Below are positions 1-7,571 of a stretch of 57,988 bases of DNA, in pieces (position 1 is the first letter of the stretch; each line of letters starts with the position of its first letter). Both the position numbers and the translations under genes were made by a program. The notes under the pieces are model-generated. The model saw only the letters and a program-made list of their open reading frames with translations. It had not been told where the DNA came from and made no database searches. The DNA lies in IMG/VR virus record IMGVR_UViG_3300031965_000033, positions 1-57,988 of that record; one strand, written 5' to 3'. The DNA is from a virus.

Positions 1-127
1 TCCAAGCGCAACCGCGACCCGCTACCCGACGGAGGTCCCGCCACCGACGACGATCCCATCAACAGCGGTCCCCTGGTGCTCCACACGGACCAAGAAGATG
101 GAGATTTGTCAGCACTCGGGGTCAGTT
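1..127. repeat. Terminal direct repeat, left copy (identical to 57862..57988)
   Basis: Bases 1-127 (tccaagcgcaacc...ggggtcagtt) recur exactly at 57862-57988, so the contig closes on itself. Unique length is 57,861 bp. Confidence 0.95.
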
Positions 128-208
128 CCGCCCACTCCGACGACACAGCTTTGCTCAGTCGCGACGCAGACACCAAGCACGAAAGCCTACCTGTGCGCAA
201 ATGACTGA
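2..208 (+). CDS. 3' part of junction-spanning ORF (continuation of 57635..57988); membrane-anchored Pro/Thr-rich protein
   Basis: The frame open at the contig end continues in phase (codons at 2,5,8...) to TGA at 206-208. Bases 2-127 duplicate 57863-57988. Confidence 0.45.
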   Translation, partial: PSATATRYPTEVPPPTTIPSTAVPWCSTRTKKMEICQHSGSVPPTPTTQLCSVATQTPSTKAYLCAND

Positions 209-263
209 CGCGTGTCGTCAACAGTTAACCGGAAAGTTACACTTCGGGCGATAGGAGGCGACG

Positions 264-587
264 ATGGCAGATGGGTTAGTACAGGTGACGTGCATCAATT
301 GCGGAGGCACTGGACAGATGTGCCTGGGTCCATCGCTCGATGTGTGTGAGGACTGCACGAATTGCAAGGGTAATGGATATGTATTTACCGCCACGATTGC
401 GAGTGTCGAGGAGCGAGTTGTCCAACTGCTCAATGAAGCGTTAGCGACCTACATCCTTGATACCGATCACCACGCTGCCGCTGTCCAGTCGATCATCGCT
501 GAACTTATTCATCAGCGATTGCTTCGTCGCTATGCCGAAGAGGAGCATCGCATAACCCCCGCCACGGGGCGAGAGGAGCGGCGATGA
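264..587 (+). CDS. Small zinc-finger protein with DnaJ-type CxxCxGxG motifs
   Basis: AGGAGG lies upstream of the ATG. Motifs CINCGGTG and CTNCKGNG are present. The stop overlaps the endolysin start (ATGA). Confidence 0.7.
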   Translation: MADGLVQVTCINCGGTGQMCLGPSLDVCEDCTNCKGNGYVFTATIASVEERVVQLLNEALATYILDTDHHAAAVQSIIAELIHQRLLRRYAEEEHRITPATGREERR

Positions 588-1990
588 ACTGGCGCGAGAT
601 CCCGAACTGCTCGTATGAAACGTGGCACACGGAGATCACCGAGGCCGGTGGACCACCGATGCTTGCCGCCAAAGTCTCGTACGAATCCGCTATCCCCATG
701 ACCGCGCTGTGCCTGGCGATGCTCCATGCTGAGAGTTCGTATGCGACCGACTTCAACGCCAATAAGCCACAGAACAAGAACCCACTGAACCTTCGCCCAC
801 GAGGCGGCGCCGGGTATTTGGAATTCGTGAGTTACGCCGATTGCATTCGAAACTGGCGCTTGCGTTTACTCGATCCTGATTATGCCTACGCGCACACCAC
901 CACGATTCAGGACCTCGTGCACGTCTATGCCCCGTCGACAGATGGGAATAACGAGACTGCGTACGTGGCCTCGATTGATCGCGATCTCGCCCGCTGGGGC
1001 ATCGTTCAGGAGGCATCGCCAATGGCAAACATCTACGGACTCGTGCCATACCCACAAGTGGTAACGAGCCATCTTCCCGCGAGCAACCCGTTCGTCAAGA
1101 CCTCGGGGGCACCGGACATCCCTGACGCGATGTTCTGGCACATTATGGTCGGTAGTCTCAAGGGCACGGACGGTTGGTTCCACATGGGCAAGGCGGCGAC
1201 CGCGTACGGTATTGGCGTCGCGTCAACCGACGGTCCCGCGTTGGCTGGGGTTATTTATGAATGGATCAAACCGCGCACGGGCTGGTACGGCGAATCGTCG
1301 GGACCGGCGATCGCCCCATATGGCGACGGTCAAAAGTTCGTGCTTGAAGTCGGTGCCAGTTCAGTCAACCGGCGATCGAAAGCGATCGAGATCAGCGGCA
1401 CACCGGACACGCCACTTGATGATAAAGCGCGAGACGCGATTGCCAACATGACGGCGTATTGGGCGGATCAAAAGCAGATTCCGTGGGAGACGTTCCCGAT
1501 GGTTCCCGGAACGCAGCGGTCGTTCGTCATCTGGCACAACGAGATCACGGGACTTGCGTTCAAAACGTGTCCGGGTCGGGTGGTCATGGCGGAAACATCG
1601 GCGCTCATTGAGCGGACGAGACAGGTGCTCAAACGCTACCAGACGAGCGCATCGCCACCGATCGAGCCAACCCCTGAGCCGCCACCCATCGAGCCACCCA
1701 TCGAACCGTTCCCCGGGTTCACGCACGGACTTAGAACAGGGACTGATCAGCACGTCGGCAACATCACCTATCAATTCGTTAGTCGTTTGGTGACGGTTCG
1801 CCGAGGGCGGCAAGCGCCGGGCTATGACAGGCCGGGCGGAACGAAGCGCGTCACCCTCACGGCGGGCACGAAAATTCGAAGCGCGTTCATCGCAGACATC
1901 GACGGGAAACAGTACCTCTGGGACGATGGTGGGACCGTGTATTCGCGAAGTCCGTGGACTCCCAAGCTCACTCTTCAGAGACTCAAATAA
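584..1990 (+). CDS. Endolysin: glucosaminidase-like domain + N-acetylmuramoyl-L-alanine amidase (amidase_2/PGRP-like) + Pro-rich linker + C-terminal domain
   Basis: N-terminus: LAMLHAESSY..NPLNLR..YAPS pattern of glucosaminidase-type lysozymes. Middle: WHIMVG..AYGIGV..NRRSKAIEISG..IWHNEI..KTCPG pattern of T7-lysozyme-type amidases. Then a PPIEPTPEPPPIEPPIEP linker. Confidence 0.85.
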   Translation: MNWREIPNCSYETWHTEITEAGGPPMLAAKVSYESAIPMTALCLAMLHAESSYATDFNANKPQNKNPLNLRPRGGAGYLEFVSYADCIRNWRLRLLDPDYAYAHTTTIQDLVHVYAPSTDGNNETAYVASIDRDLARWGIVQEASPMANIYGLVPYPQVVTSHLPASNPFVKTSGAPDIPDAMFWHIMVGSLKGTDGWFHMGKAATAYGIGVASTDGPALAGVIYEWIKPRTGWYGESSGPAIAPYGDGQKFVLEVGASSVNRRSKAIEISGTPDTPLDDKARDAIANMTAYWADQKQIPWETFPMVPGTQRSFVIWHNEITGLAFKTCPGRVVMAETSALIERTRQVLKRYQTSASPPIEPTPEPPPIEPPIEPFPGFTHGLRTGTDQHVGNITYQFVSRLVTVRRGRQAPGYDRPGGTKRVTLTAGTKIRSAFIADIDGKQYLWDDGGTVYSRSPWTPKLTLQRLK

Positions 1991-2095
1991 GTGAACGCTA
2001 TGGGATTCATGGTAAAATACGGGGGTGAACGAGCGATTTCGGCGCTCAATCCACCCCCTAACCAACGGCCTGAATTGACCAGGCAGGAGGCTTCC

Positions 2096-2740
2096 ATGAG
2101 TGTACCGAGAATTTGCAAGTTCTGCGGCGAGACGTTCAGTGTTCGTCCGGCTGTCGTGCGACTAGGTTATGGCATTTACTGCAGTCGGCAATGCCGGTAT
2201 GACGACATGCGATCAAATCACGCTCAAAGATTCTGGAGCAAGGTCGACAAAAACGGTCCTATCCCTGACTATCGACCAGAGTTGGGGCCATGTTGGATAT
2301 GGAAAGCGAACACCAGTCCTACCGGTGGATATGGTCGGTTCAAGTTCAACGAAAGATTTAGACATGCTCATATCTATTCCTGGGAAGCGGAGTATGGGAC
2401 AGTCCCTGACGGATTGGAGTTGGATCACCTTTGTCGAGTTCGAGTGTGTGTTAGGCCATCGCACCTTGAGGCGGTAACTCATCTAGAGAATTATTTGAGA
2501 GGGATGGCCAGGGGCGCAATTGTCATACGAACTGGGATGTGCCTCCACGGTCACAAACTAACGCCGGAAAATGTGTACGTTAAATCGCGCTATGGCAAAA
2601 CGTGCGTTACCTGTAGAACCTGCGCGCAGCGTAGAGCACGTGAGGCAAGCCAGAAAAAACGCGACGCATGGACTCCGGAAGAACGGGAAGAACACAACAT
2701 AAAACAACGAGAGCAGTATCGTCGAAGGCGCTTACCGTAG
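2096..2740 (+). CDS. HNH homing-type endonuclease (HNH_3-like) with N-terminal zinc ribbon
   Basis: RFWSKVDK..CWIW..GGYGRF..HAHIYSW..LELDHLCRVRVCVRPSHLEAVTH motif string. ATG 2096 follows AGGAGG (the ORF opens at 1991). Paralogous to 55273..55848 and 28652..29536. Confidence 0.85.
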   Translation: MSVPRICKFCGETFSVRPAVVRLGYGIYCSRQCRYDDMRSNHAQRFWSKVDKNGPIPDYRPELGPCWIWKANTSPTGGYGRFKFNERFRHAHIYSWEAEYGTVPDGLELDHLCRVRVCVRPSHLEAVTHLENYLRGMARGAIVIRTGMCLHGHKLTPENVYVKSRYGKTCVTCRTCAQRRAREASQKKRDAWTPEEREEHNIKQREQYRRRRLP

Positions 2741-2746
2741 GGAGGT

Positions 2747-2935
2747 ATGAGATTGCGTTTCCTGATTAAACTGCAATTCGACAATGTTCCGCCCGAGAAG
2801 GAATTGGACTACCGCGTGACGATCAGCAAGGGTATGACTGATCTGATCCAGTCAATTCAGCCCGAGTATTTTCATTACAAACTCACAGACGTCAGCGATA
2901 CGGTCTATCTCGACCCAATTGAAGTCGAGGTGTGA
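2747..2935 (+). CDS. Hypothetical protein
   Basis: 62-aa ORF with GGAGG directly upstream of the ATG. Visibly AT-richer than the genome. No motif recognised. Confidence 0.5.
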   Translation: MRLRFLIKLQFDNVPPEKELDYRVTISKGMTDLIQSIQPEYFHYKLTDVSDTVYLDPIEVEV

Positions 2936-2936
2936 G

Positions 2937-3011
2937 ATGTCCATCGAACGAGCGATCGCAATTGCCATCATCATCGTCGCGCTCGTGTGGGCCGCGACCC
3001 GGCTTACCTAA
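2937..3011 (+). CDS. Possible 24-aa hydrophobic peptide
   Basis: ATG 2937 after GAGGTG. Product MSIERAIAIAIIIVALVWAATRLT is a single TM-like helix. Too short to be sure. Confidence 0.25.
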   Translation: MSIERAIAIAIIIVALVWAATRLT

Positions 3012-3021
3012 AGGAGGAGGT

Positions 3022-3306
3022 ATGAACAAGATTTCGCCAAGCCAAGAACCGATTGGGATAAGCACCATCGCGGTCATCGTCTCGTGGCTCGGTGGCCGGT
3101 ACGCGCTCGACCTGGACACGGCAACGGCGTCCGCTGTATCGGTGGTCGTGCTTGTGGTCGCTCAATGGTTGGCGCGTCGGTTCAGCACGCCGGTCGGCAA
3201 GGCTGAGAATGCCGTCGCAACCGCACTCCAGACCGAGCCAACGATCGCGACGGTGGCCGGGTCGGACGTGCAGAGCAAAGAGATATTGGCAACGAGCAAG
3301 GCGTAG
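3022..3306 (+). CDS. Small membrane protein (two predicted TM helices; holin-like by architecture)
   Basis: ATG 3022 follows a strong AAGGAGGAGG. Hydrophobic stretches IGISTIAVIVSWLGG and AVSVVVLVVAQWLA. The ORF opens at 2932. Confidence 0.6.
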   Translation: MNKISPSQEPIGISTIAVIVSWLGGRYALDLDTATASAVSVVVLVVAQWLARRFSTPVGKAENAVATALQTEPTIATVAGSDVQSKEILATSKA

Positions 3307-3311
3307 AATAC

Positions 3312-3402
3312 CCATATCGCCTGATCGTCTAATGGTGAGGACACCTTGCCCGAAGTATCCTAGGCGGGTGAGGAGGCGCGGGTTCGATTCCTGCAATATG
3401 GC
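3312..3402 (+). ncRNA. tRNA-like element 1 (non-canonical; aberrant or degenerate tRNA)
   Basis: Canonical T-arm gcggg-ttcgatt-cctgc (3378-3394). Canonical D-arm gtct-aatggtga-ggac (3327-3342) preceded by TC. 4-nt variable loop. However, the anticodon arm is a 9-bp stem (3344-3352/3365-3373) with a 12-nt loop, and the acceptor halves do not pair in register. Confidence 0.45.
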
Positions 3403-3414
3403 GCACCGGAGGGG

Positions 3415-3624
3415 ATGATGAGAACTCAAACCGAAAAAAGGTTCTGCTCAATCACGCGCGAGTCGTGCGAGAAGTTAGCGAGAGAACTGTATGCACAGGA
3501 CCACCCTGACGATGGTCCATTCTTCCTTGGATTCACCGATCATTGGGACGAGTACTTCAACCGAGTCTATGCATTCGACGAGGCGATGCGAGCGCTCGGA
3601 TTCACACTCGTTCGGTCAGCCTAA
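3415..3624 (+). CDS. Hypothetical protein (69 aa)
   Basis: GGAGGGG lies upstream of the ATG. Composition is balanced and protein-like. Bracketed by the 13-nt direct repeat atggcgcaccgga (3398-3410 and 3634-3646). Confidence 0.6.
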   Translation: MMRTQTEKRFCSITRESCEKLARELYAQDHPDDGPFFLGFTDHWDEYFNRVYAFDEAMRALGFTLVRSA

Positions 3625-3646
3625 CCCCGCGCGATGGCGCACCGGA

Positions 3647-3665
3647 CGTGCTATGCTGACGGCAC
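3647..3665 (+). promoter_or_regulatory. 19-nt repeat copy 1 (cgtgctatgctgacggcac), extended -10-like TGcTATGCT
   Basis: Perfect 19-mer repeated at 3946-3964, each at the head of an ORF-free unit that ends in an intrinsic terminator. No convincing -35. Confidence 0.35.
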
Positions 3666-3945
3666 ATAGATCGGTGGAGCAACCCCAGACACAGGGCCAC
3701 CGGGTAGTACCACACGGCTCCTGTGGTATGTAGCGGAGCCATTTACTTGGTCACGACGGGAAACAGGTTGGCCTCTGGGCGCAACGGTCGAACAGACAAG
3801 AACCGTAGGCCACGATGAAGTAGTCGCGTAACGATGAGAGGGCGCGACGAAAAAGCACCTAGCCCGTATGCTGAGGTACCTGCTGTAATGCATGTTTCGT
3901 GACTAAGACGAGAATGGCGGGGGCACACACGCTCTCGCCGTTTTT
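3666..3945 (+). ncRNA. Structured ncRNA (~280 nt), family unknown
   Basis: No credible ORF. H-type pseudoknot at 3710-3740 (ccaca/tgtgg interleaved with ggctcc/ggagcc). Hairpins at 3672-3702, 3768-3812 and 3823-3848. Long-range 7-bp helix 3750-3756/3897-3903. Ends in the terminator 3916-3945. Confidence 0.5.
3916..3945 (+). terminator. Intrinsic terminator
   Basis: ggcgggggc-acacac-gctctcgcc (9 bp including 2 G-U) followed by gTTTTT. Confidence 0.7.
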
Positions 3946-3964
3946 CGTGCTATGCTGACGGCAC
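3946..3964 (+). promoter_or_regulatory. 19-nt repeat copy 2 (cgtgctatgctgacggcac), extended -10-like
   Basis: Identical to 3647-3665. Starts right after the T-tract of the preceding terminator. Confidence 0.35.
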
Positions 3965-4084
3965 CACGATCATGAACGTGGGAGATAACTCACGCAAGCG
4001 GAGAGGTGCCTTGGCGTATTCACCTGGTTCGATTCCAGGCCTTGCGTGACACATCGATTGAGCCGTCCTCCGGGGCGGCTTTTT
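3965..4084 (+). ncRNA. Short ncRNA carrying tRNA-like element 2 (acceptor/T-arm minihelix, 3990..4049)
   Basis: Perfect T-arm cctgg-ttcgatt-ccagg (4023-4039) enclosed by a perfect 9-bp stem tcacgcaag/cttgcgtga (3990-3998/4041-4049). Only 24 nt stand in place of the D and anticodon arms, and this segment aligns with part of element 1. Ends in the terminator. Confidence 0.5.
4061..4084 (+). terminator. Intrinsic terminator
   Basis: agccgtcc-tccg-ggggcggct, an 8-bp stem running into TTTTT. Confidence 0.75.
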
Positions 4085-4190
4085 CGTACACGTTGTTTCT
4101 GTGTGCATCTTCGGGAGTCTGCCGTCACAAGCAACGTATCGGCTCGACACGCGGGCGGGTGGGGCGCTACGATTGCGGGCGGAGGTGACG

Positions 4191-4706
4191 ATGGCAAAGG
4201 TTGAGGTCGACACAGAATATCTCTCGAACCTACGCGCTCTGGCAATTGGGATTGAGTGCTCAGACGAAGAAGTCGTCAAGCAACTCGACGGGTCCAACAT
4301 CGAATACATCATGGCGGCGATCGCCAAGAGCAACGATGAGGTTCACCCGATCGACCGAATCACCAAATTTGAGCAGGTCCCCGAACTTGTCGGAGTGGTG
4401 ACCGACGAACAATACGAGTCAATTTCGGTGGCAATGTCCGTGCTCTACGACAGAAGAAATAAGTACCTGAAGGCGATCAACGCAATTGATGCGTGGTCAG
4501 GGAGCCATGAACAAGGCGAAGTGTGGAATGTCCTACAAAACAGGCTAGCGACAACCATCGTCTGTCTGAATACGTTGCGGAGCATTCTGCACGAACGGGC
4601 GACCCCTGATTATTGTCGTTCTCATCCAGAAGAGTGTGCCAATACAAACGAGACGATGAAATCGCTTAGATTGCATTGGGACAAAGAAGCGGCCGGAGTG
4701 GCCTAA
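4191..4706 (+). CDS. Hypothetical protein (lysogeny-module cargo)
   Basis: ATG 4191 after GGAGGTGACG (the ORF opens at 4101). Convergent with the integrase and overlaps it by 4 bp. No motif recognised. Confidence 0.65.
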   Translation: MAKVEVDTEYLSNLRALAIGIECSDEEVVKQLDGSNIEYIMAAIAKSNDEVHPIDRITKFEQVPELVGVVTDEQYESISVAMSVLYDRRNKYLKAINAIDAWSGSHEQGEVWNVLQNRLATTIVCLNTLRSILHERATPDYCRSHPEECANTNETMKSLRLHWDKEAAGVA

Positions 4707-6232
4707 CGAAACCCTTTACCGCCCCTCGGCACAGCAATAACCACCCCCGGCAGATGCGGCGCAACCTCGGGCAGATAAACCACCCTGACCCCATGCTCAC
4801 TGACATAGACGGTCCCGAGCGTCGCCAACAACGTCCGCAACCGATCCCCGGACGTCTCGGCAATGACCTCGGTCATCGTCGACAACTGCTGTGACATCTG
4901 CTCGATCGCCGCCAGCGATTGCGGTTTCGGCAAAGCAGCGACGGCCTCCGCGTGCTCCCGTTCAGCGGTGGCCAGCAGCTCGTCTTCCACATCCATCACA
5001 TCGCCGGGAAGTTTGCCGACGGCATAACGACTACTCATACGCTGCCACCGCGCCTGTGCGTCGCTGAGGCGCTTGTCGAGCCGTGCACGGTGTTTGACTA
5101 CTGACGTGCCACCACTTCGCTCCTGGGCGATTGTGAGGGCTTCAGCGGGTGTTCTCACACCGGCGAAGTCGGCAACGAGACACCGCCGTACCGCGGTCTC
5201 GAGCAACTGCCCGCCGATGATCTTCCTAGGCTCGGTGCAATGGACGGTCATCGTCTTACCCAGACCCCGGCAGACGAACATTCCGCCGCTGCCCTTGGAA
5301 TAGGATTGCCAGTACATGCGTTGCCCGCAGACGTGCGTGACGTAGCCCTCCAACCAAGAGTCGATCTGGTTTCGGCGGATTACGGGAGCGCGGCTAAGTT
5401 TGGCCTGCACGCGGTCGAACAGGTCACGGGGCACGATCTGCCATGCGTCGTTGTGTGCGACAACCTGACCGTGATGCGCGATGTCGCCGGTGTAGATCGG
5501 AGATTGGAGCATCGCGCGAACGGTTGAGCGTTCCCACTGCCCGCCACGGGGACCGGGACCGAGCGCGGCCATCGATTCGGCCAGCGTGTGGATGGATTCG
5601 CCGGCGTCGAACCGCGTGAACAGATCGAGGATGATCGCGGCGCCGTCGGGGTCGATCAGCGGTTCGCCGGTTTGGCGTTCGTAGCTGGTGCCGTTGGCGC
5701 GGTGAATGGTGATCGTGTGGGGTCGTCTAAACCCGGTAGGCGTTGGGCCCGTGGGGAATCCACCGTCACGGGCTCTTCTCGCAAAGGCGTTCTTGAGATG
5801 CGCGGACGTTTGGCGTGTCGCGTTCTCATTCATCAAGCCGTAGATGCCGCGGATGAACGGATCGTCGATCCCGCCCTCGGTGTCACTGACGATGCGCCCG
5901 ACGCCCGCGCGTTCGATCTCGCGGCAGATCATGAGTTGCAGGATCAGATCACGGGCGAGGCGAGAGAGCGCGAAGAGCCAGACGATATCGACCCGTTGGC
6001 TCTTGACGGCATCAAGCAGCGTCTTGATGCCTGGGCGGTCGGCGTCCGCTCCCCGCAGATCGTGATCGGTGATGACCTGGGCCACGGTGCCACCGATGGA
6101 CGCGACCCACGCTTTGCCGCGCTCTTCTTGCGAGCGGAGCGACAGGCTGGTCTTCGCGTCTTCGCCTGGTCTTTGCTCTGACTGCCTTGCATAGATCACG
6201 ACACGCGGCGCTGACCCGTTGGCATCTAGCAT
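4703..6232 (-). CDS. int: Large serine recombinase (integrase)
   Basis: N-terminal resolvase-type catalytic domain (VVIYARQSEQ..., LFALSRLARD). 509 aa, with a Cys-containing zinc-ribbon-like region and a C-terminal coiled-coil-like tail, typical of large serine integrases. Confidence 0.9.
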   Translation of the reverse strand: MLDANGSAPRVVIYARQSEQRPGEDAKTSLSLRSQEERGKAWVASIGGTVAQVITDHDLRGADADRPGIKTLLDAVKSQRVDIVWLFALSRLARDLILQLMICREIERAGVGRIVSDTEGGIDDPFIRGIYGLMNENATRQTSAHLKNAFARRARDGGFPTGPTPTGFRRPHTITIHRANGTSYERQTGEPLIDPDGAAIILDLFTRFDAGESIHTLAESMAALGPGPRGGQWERSTVRAMLQSPIYTGDIAHHGQVVAHNDAWQIVPRDLFDRVQAKLSRAPVIRRNQIDSWLEGYVTHVCGQRMYWQSYSKGSGGMFVCRGLGKTMTVHCTEPRKIIGGQLLETAVRRCLVADFAGVRTPAEALTIAQERSGGTSVVKHRARLDKRLSDAQARWQRMSSRYAVGKLPGDVMDVEDELLATAEREHAEAVAALPKPQSLAAIEQMSQQLSTMTEVIAETSGDRLRTLLATLGTVYVSEHGVRVVYLPEVAPHLPGVVIAVPRGGKGFR

Positions 6233-6261
6233 CTTTGATGATCCCCTGTTAACCTACGTTC

Positions 6262-7509
6262 ATGAGTACACGCATCCTCATTGGCGACGTTCGTGAGCAA
6301 CTTGCAACGCTGCCCGATCAGTCGGTTCAATGCTGTGTGACCTCCCCGCCGTACTACGGACTGCGTGATTACGGTGTTCCCGGCCAACTCGGACTAGAGC
6401 CGACACTTGCGGAATACATCGCCACGATGGTTGAGGTGTTCCGAGACGTGCGACGCGTGCTGCGAGACGACGGTACGCTCTGGCTCAACATCGGGGATTC
6501 GTACAACGCCGGTACGTCGGCAGGTCGAAAGCCGAGCGCCAACGTGGAGCACGGATATTGGGGAAACGGCGGCTCGATGGGTGATCGTCGTGTCAAGGAT
6601 GTGACGACCAAAACCAAGGACCTGATGATGGTCCCGGCGCGTCTGGCGATTGCGCTGCAAGACGATGGTTGGTATCTCCGCTCGGACATTATTTGGGCGA
6701 AACCAAACCCGATGCCCGAGAGCGTGACGGATCGCCCGACATCGAGCCACGAGCACATCTTCCTGCTGACCAAGAGTCGCACCTATTTCTACGATGCTGA
6801 TGCGGTTCGGTCGCCACTTGCTGAATCGTCGATCTCTCGACTGTCGCAGAACATCGAATTGCAGATCGGTTCGGAACGGGCGAACGGTGGTGCGAAGACC
6901 AACGGCACAATGAAAGCCGTCGGCGGCCGGCAATGGTGGAACGAAACTAAAGGCCCGGACTACATGACCGCTAGAGACGGTCGTAACGACGGCGGGAAGA
7001 TCAAAGGTGGCAAGAATCCAGACGATCATATGCTCGGTGCCAATGTCCGCAACGTCTGGAACATCGCCACGATGCCGTATGCTGAGGCGCATTTCGCCAC
7101 ATTCCCACCAGAGATACCGCGACGGTGCATCAAGGCAGGATCATCTGAAAAGGGATGCTGCGCGTCCTGTGGCGCTCCATATCGACGATCCACCAATGTC
7201 ACGTACGAAAACCCCGGAAACCGAACAACGAACGGATCGCGTTCACTAGAACAGCGACACGAGACGGCAGGGTTCGCGGTCAGGTTAGAGAAGCGAGTCG
7301 AGACAACCGGCTGGTCGGCGTCGTGCGAATGCGAGGCGGATATCTCGCCGTGTGTCGTGCTCGATCCGTTTCTTGGCAGCGGTACGACGCTGCTGGTTGC
7401 CGACCAACTAGACCGCGACGGCATCGGAATCGAACTGAATCCGGCGTACGCGGAACTTGCCCGGTTACGCATCTACAATGACGCCCCGCTCTTTGCCAAC
7501 ATCGCCTAA
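6262..7509 (+). CDS. DNA methyltransferase (N4-cytosine or N6-adenine, beta-class order)
   Basis: Motif IV TSPPYYGL near the N-terminus and motif I VLDPFLGSGTT near the C-terminus. No cognate nuclease adjacent. Confidence 0.9.
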   Translation: MSTRILIGDVREQLATLPDQSVQCCVTSPPYYGLRDYGVPGQLGLEPTLAEYIATMVEVFRDVRRVLRDDGTLWLNIGDSYNAGTSAGRKPSANVEHGYWGNGGSMGDRRVKDVTTKTKDLMMVPARLAIALQDDGWYLRSDIIWAKPNPMPESVTDRPTSSHEHIFLLTKSRTYFYDADAVRSPLAESSISRLSQNIELQIGSERANGGAKTNGTMKAVGGRQWWNETKGPDYMTARDGRNDGGKIKGGKNPDDHMLGANVRNVWNIATMPYAEAHFATFPPEIPRRCIKAGSSEKGCCASCGAPYRRSTNVTYENPGNRTTNGSRSLEQRHETAGFAVRLEKRVETTGWSASCECEADISPCVVLDPFLGSGTTLLVADQLDRDGIGIELNPAYAELARLRIYNDAPLFANIA

Positions 7510-7513
7510 CCCC

Positions 7514-7542
7514 TTGCATCACTAGAACACCCGTGCTATTCT
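7514..7542 (+). promoter_or_regulatory. Sigma70-like promoter TTGCAT-17-TATTCT with TGc extension
   Basis: ttgcat (7514-7519), 17-nt spacer, tattct (7537-7542). Shares the cgtgctat core with the two 19-nt repeats at 3647 and 3946. Confidence 0.45.
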
Positions 7543-7571
7543 CATCTCATCCCCAGAGGCCAGAAGGTCCA

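Noticed and set aside
3312-3402. Ordinary tRNA gene
   Set aside because: The D- and T-arms are canonical. But no 7-bp acceptor stem forms in register, and the anticodon arm has a 9-bp stem and 12-nt loop with no standard 7-nt anticodon loop. It is therefore called tRNA-like only.
3647-4084. Phage-encoded tmRNA
   Set aside because: A T-arm and a pseudoknot are present. However, the acceptor stem lacks the GGG/G3-U70 alanine identity and no CCA is encoded. I found no tag-like reading frame ending in the usual ..AA. An internal terminator plus a repeated promoter element split the region into two units. This needs ARAGORN to settle.
6233-6261. attP in the int-methyltransferase intergenic gap
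   Set aside because: The gap is only 29 bp and shows no clear imperfect inverted repeat around a central dinucleotide. attP cannot be called from sequence alone.
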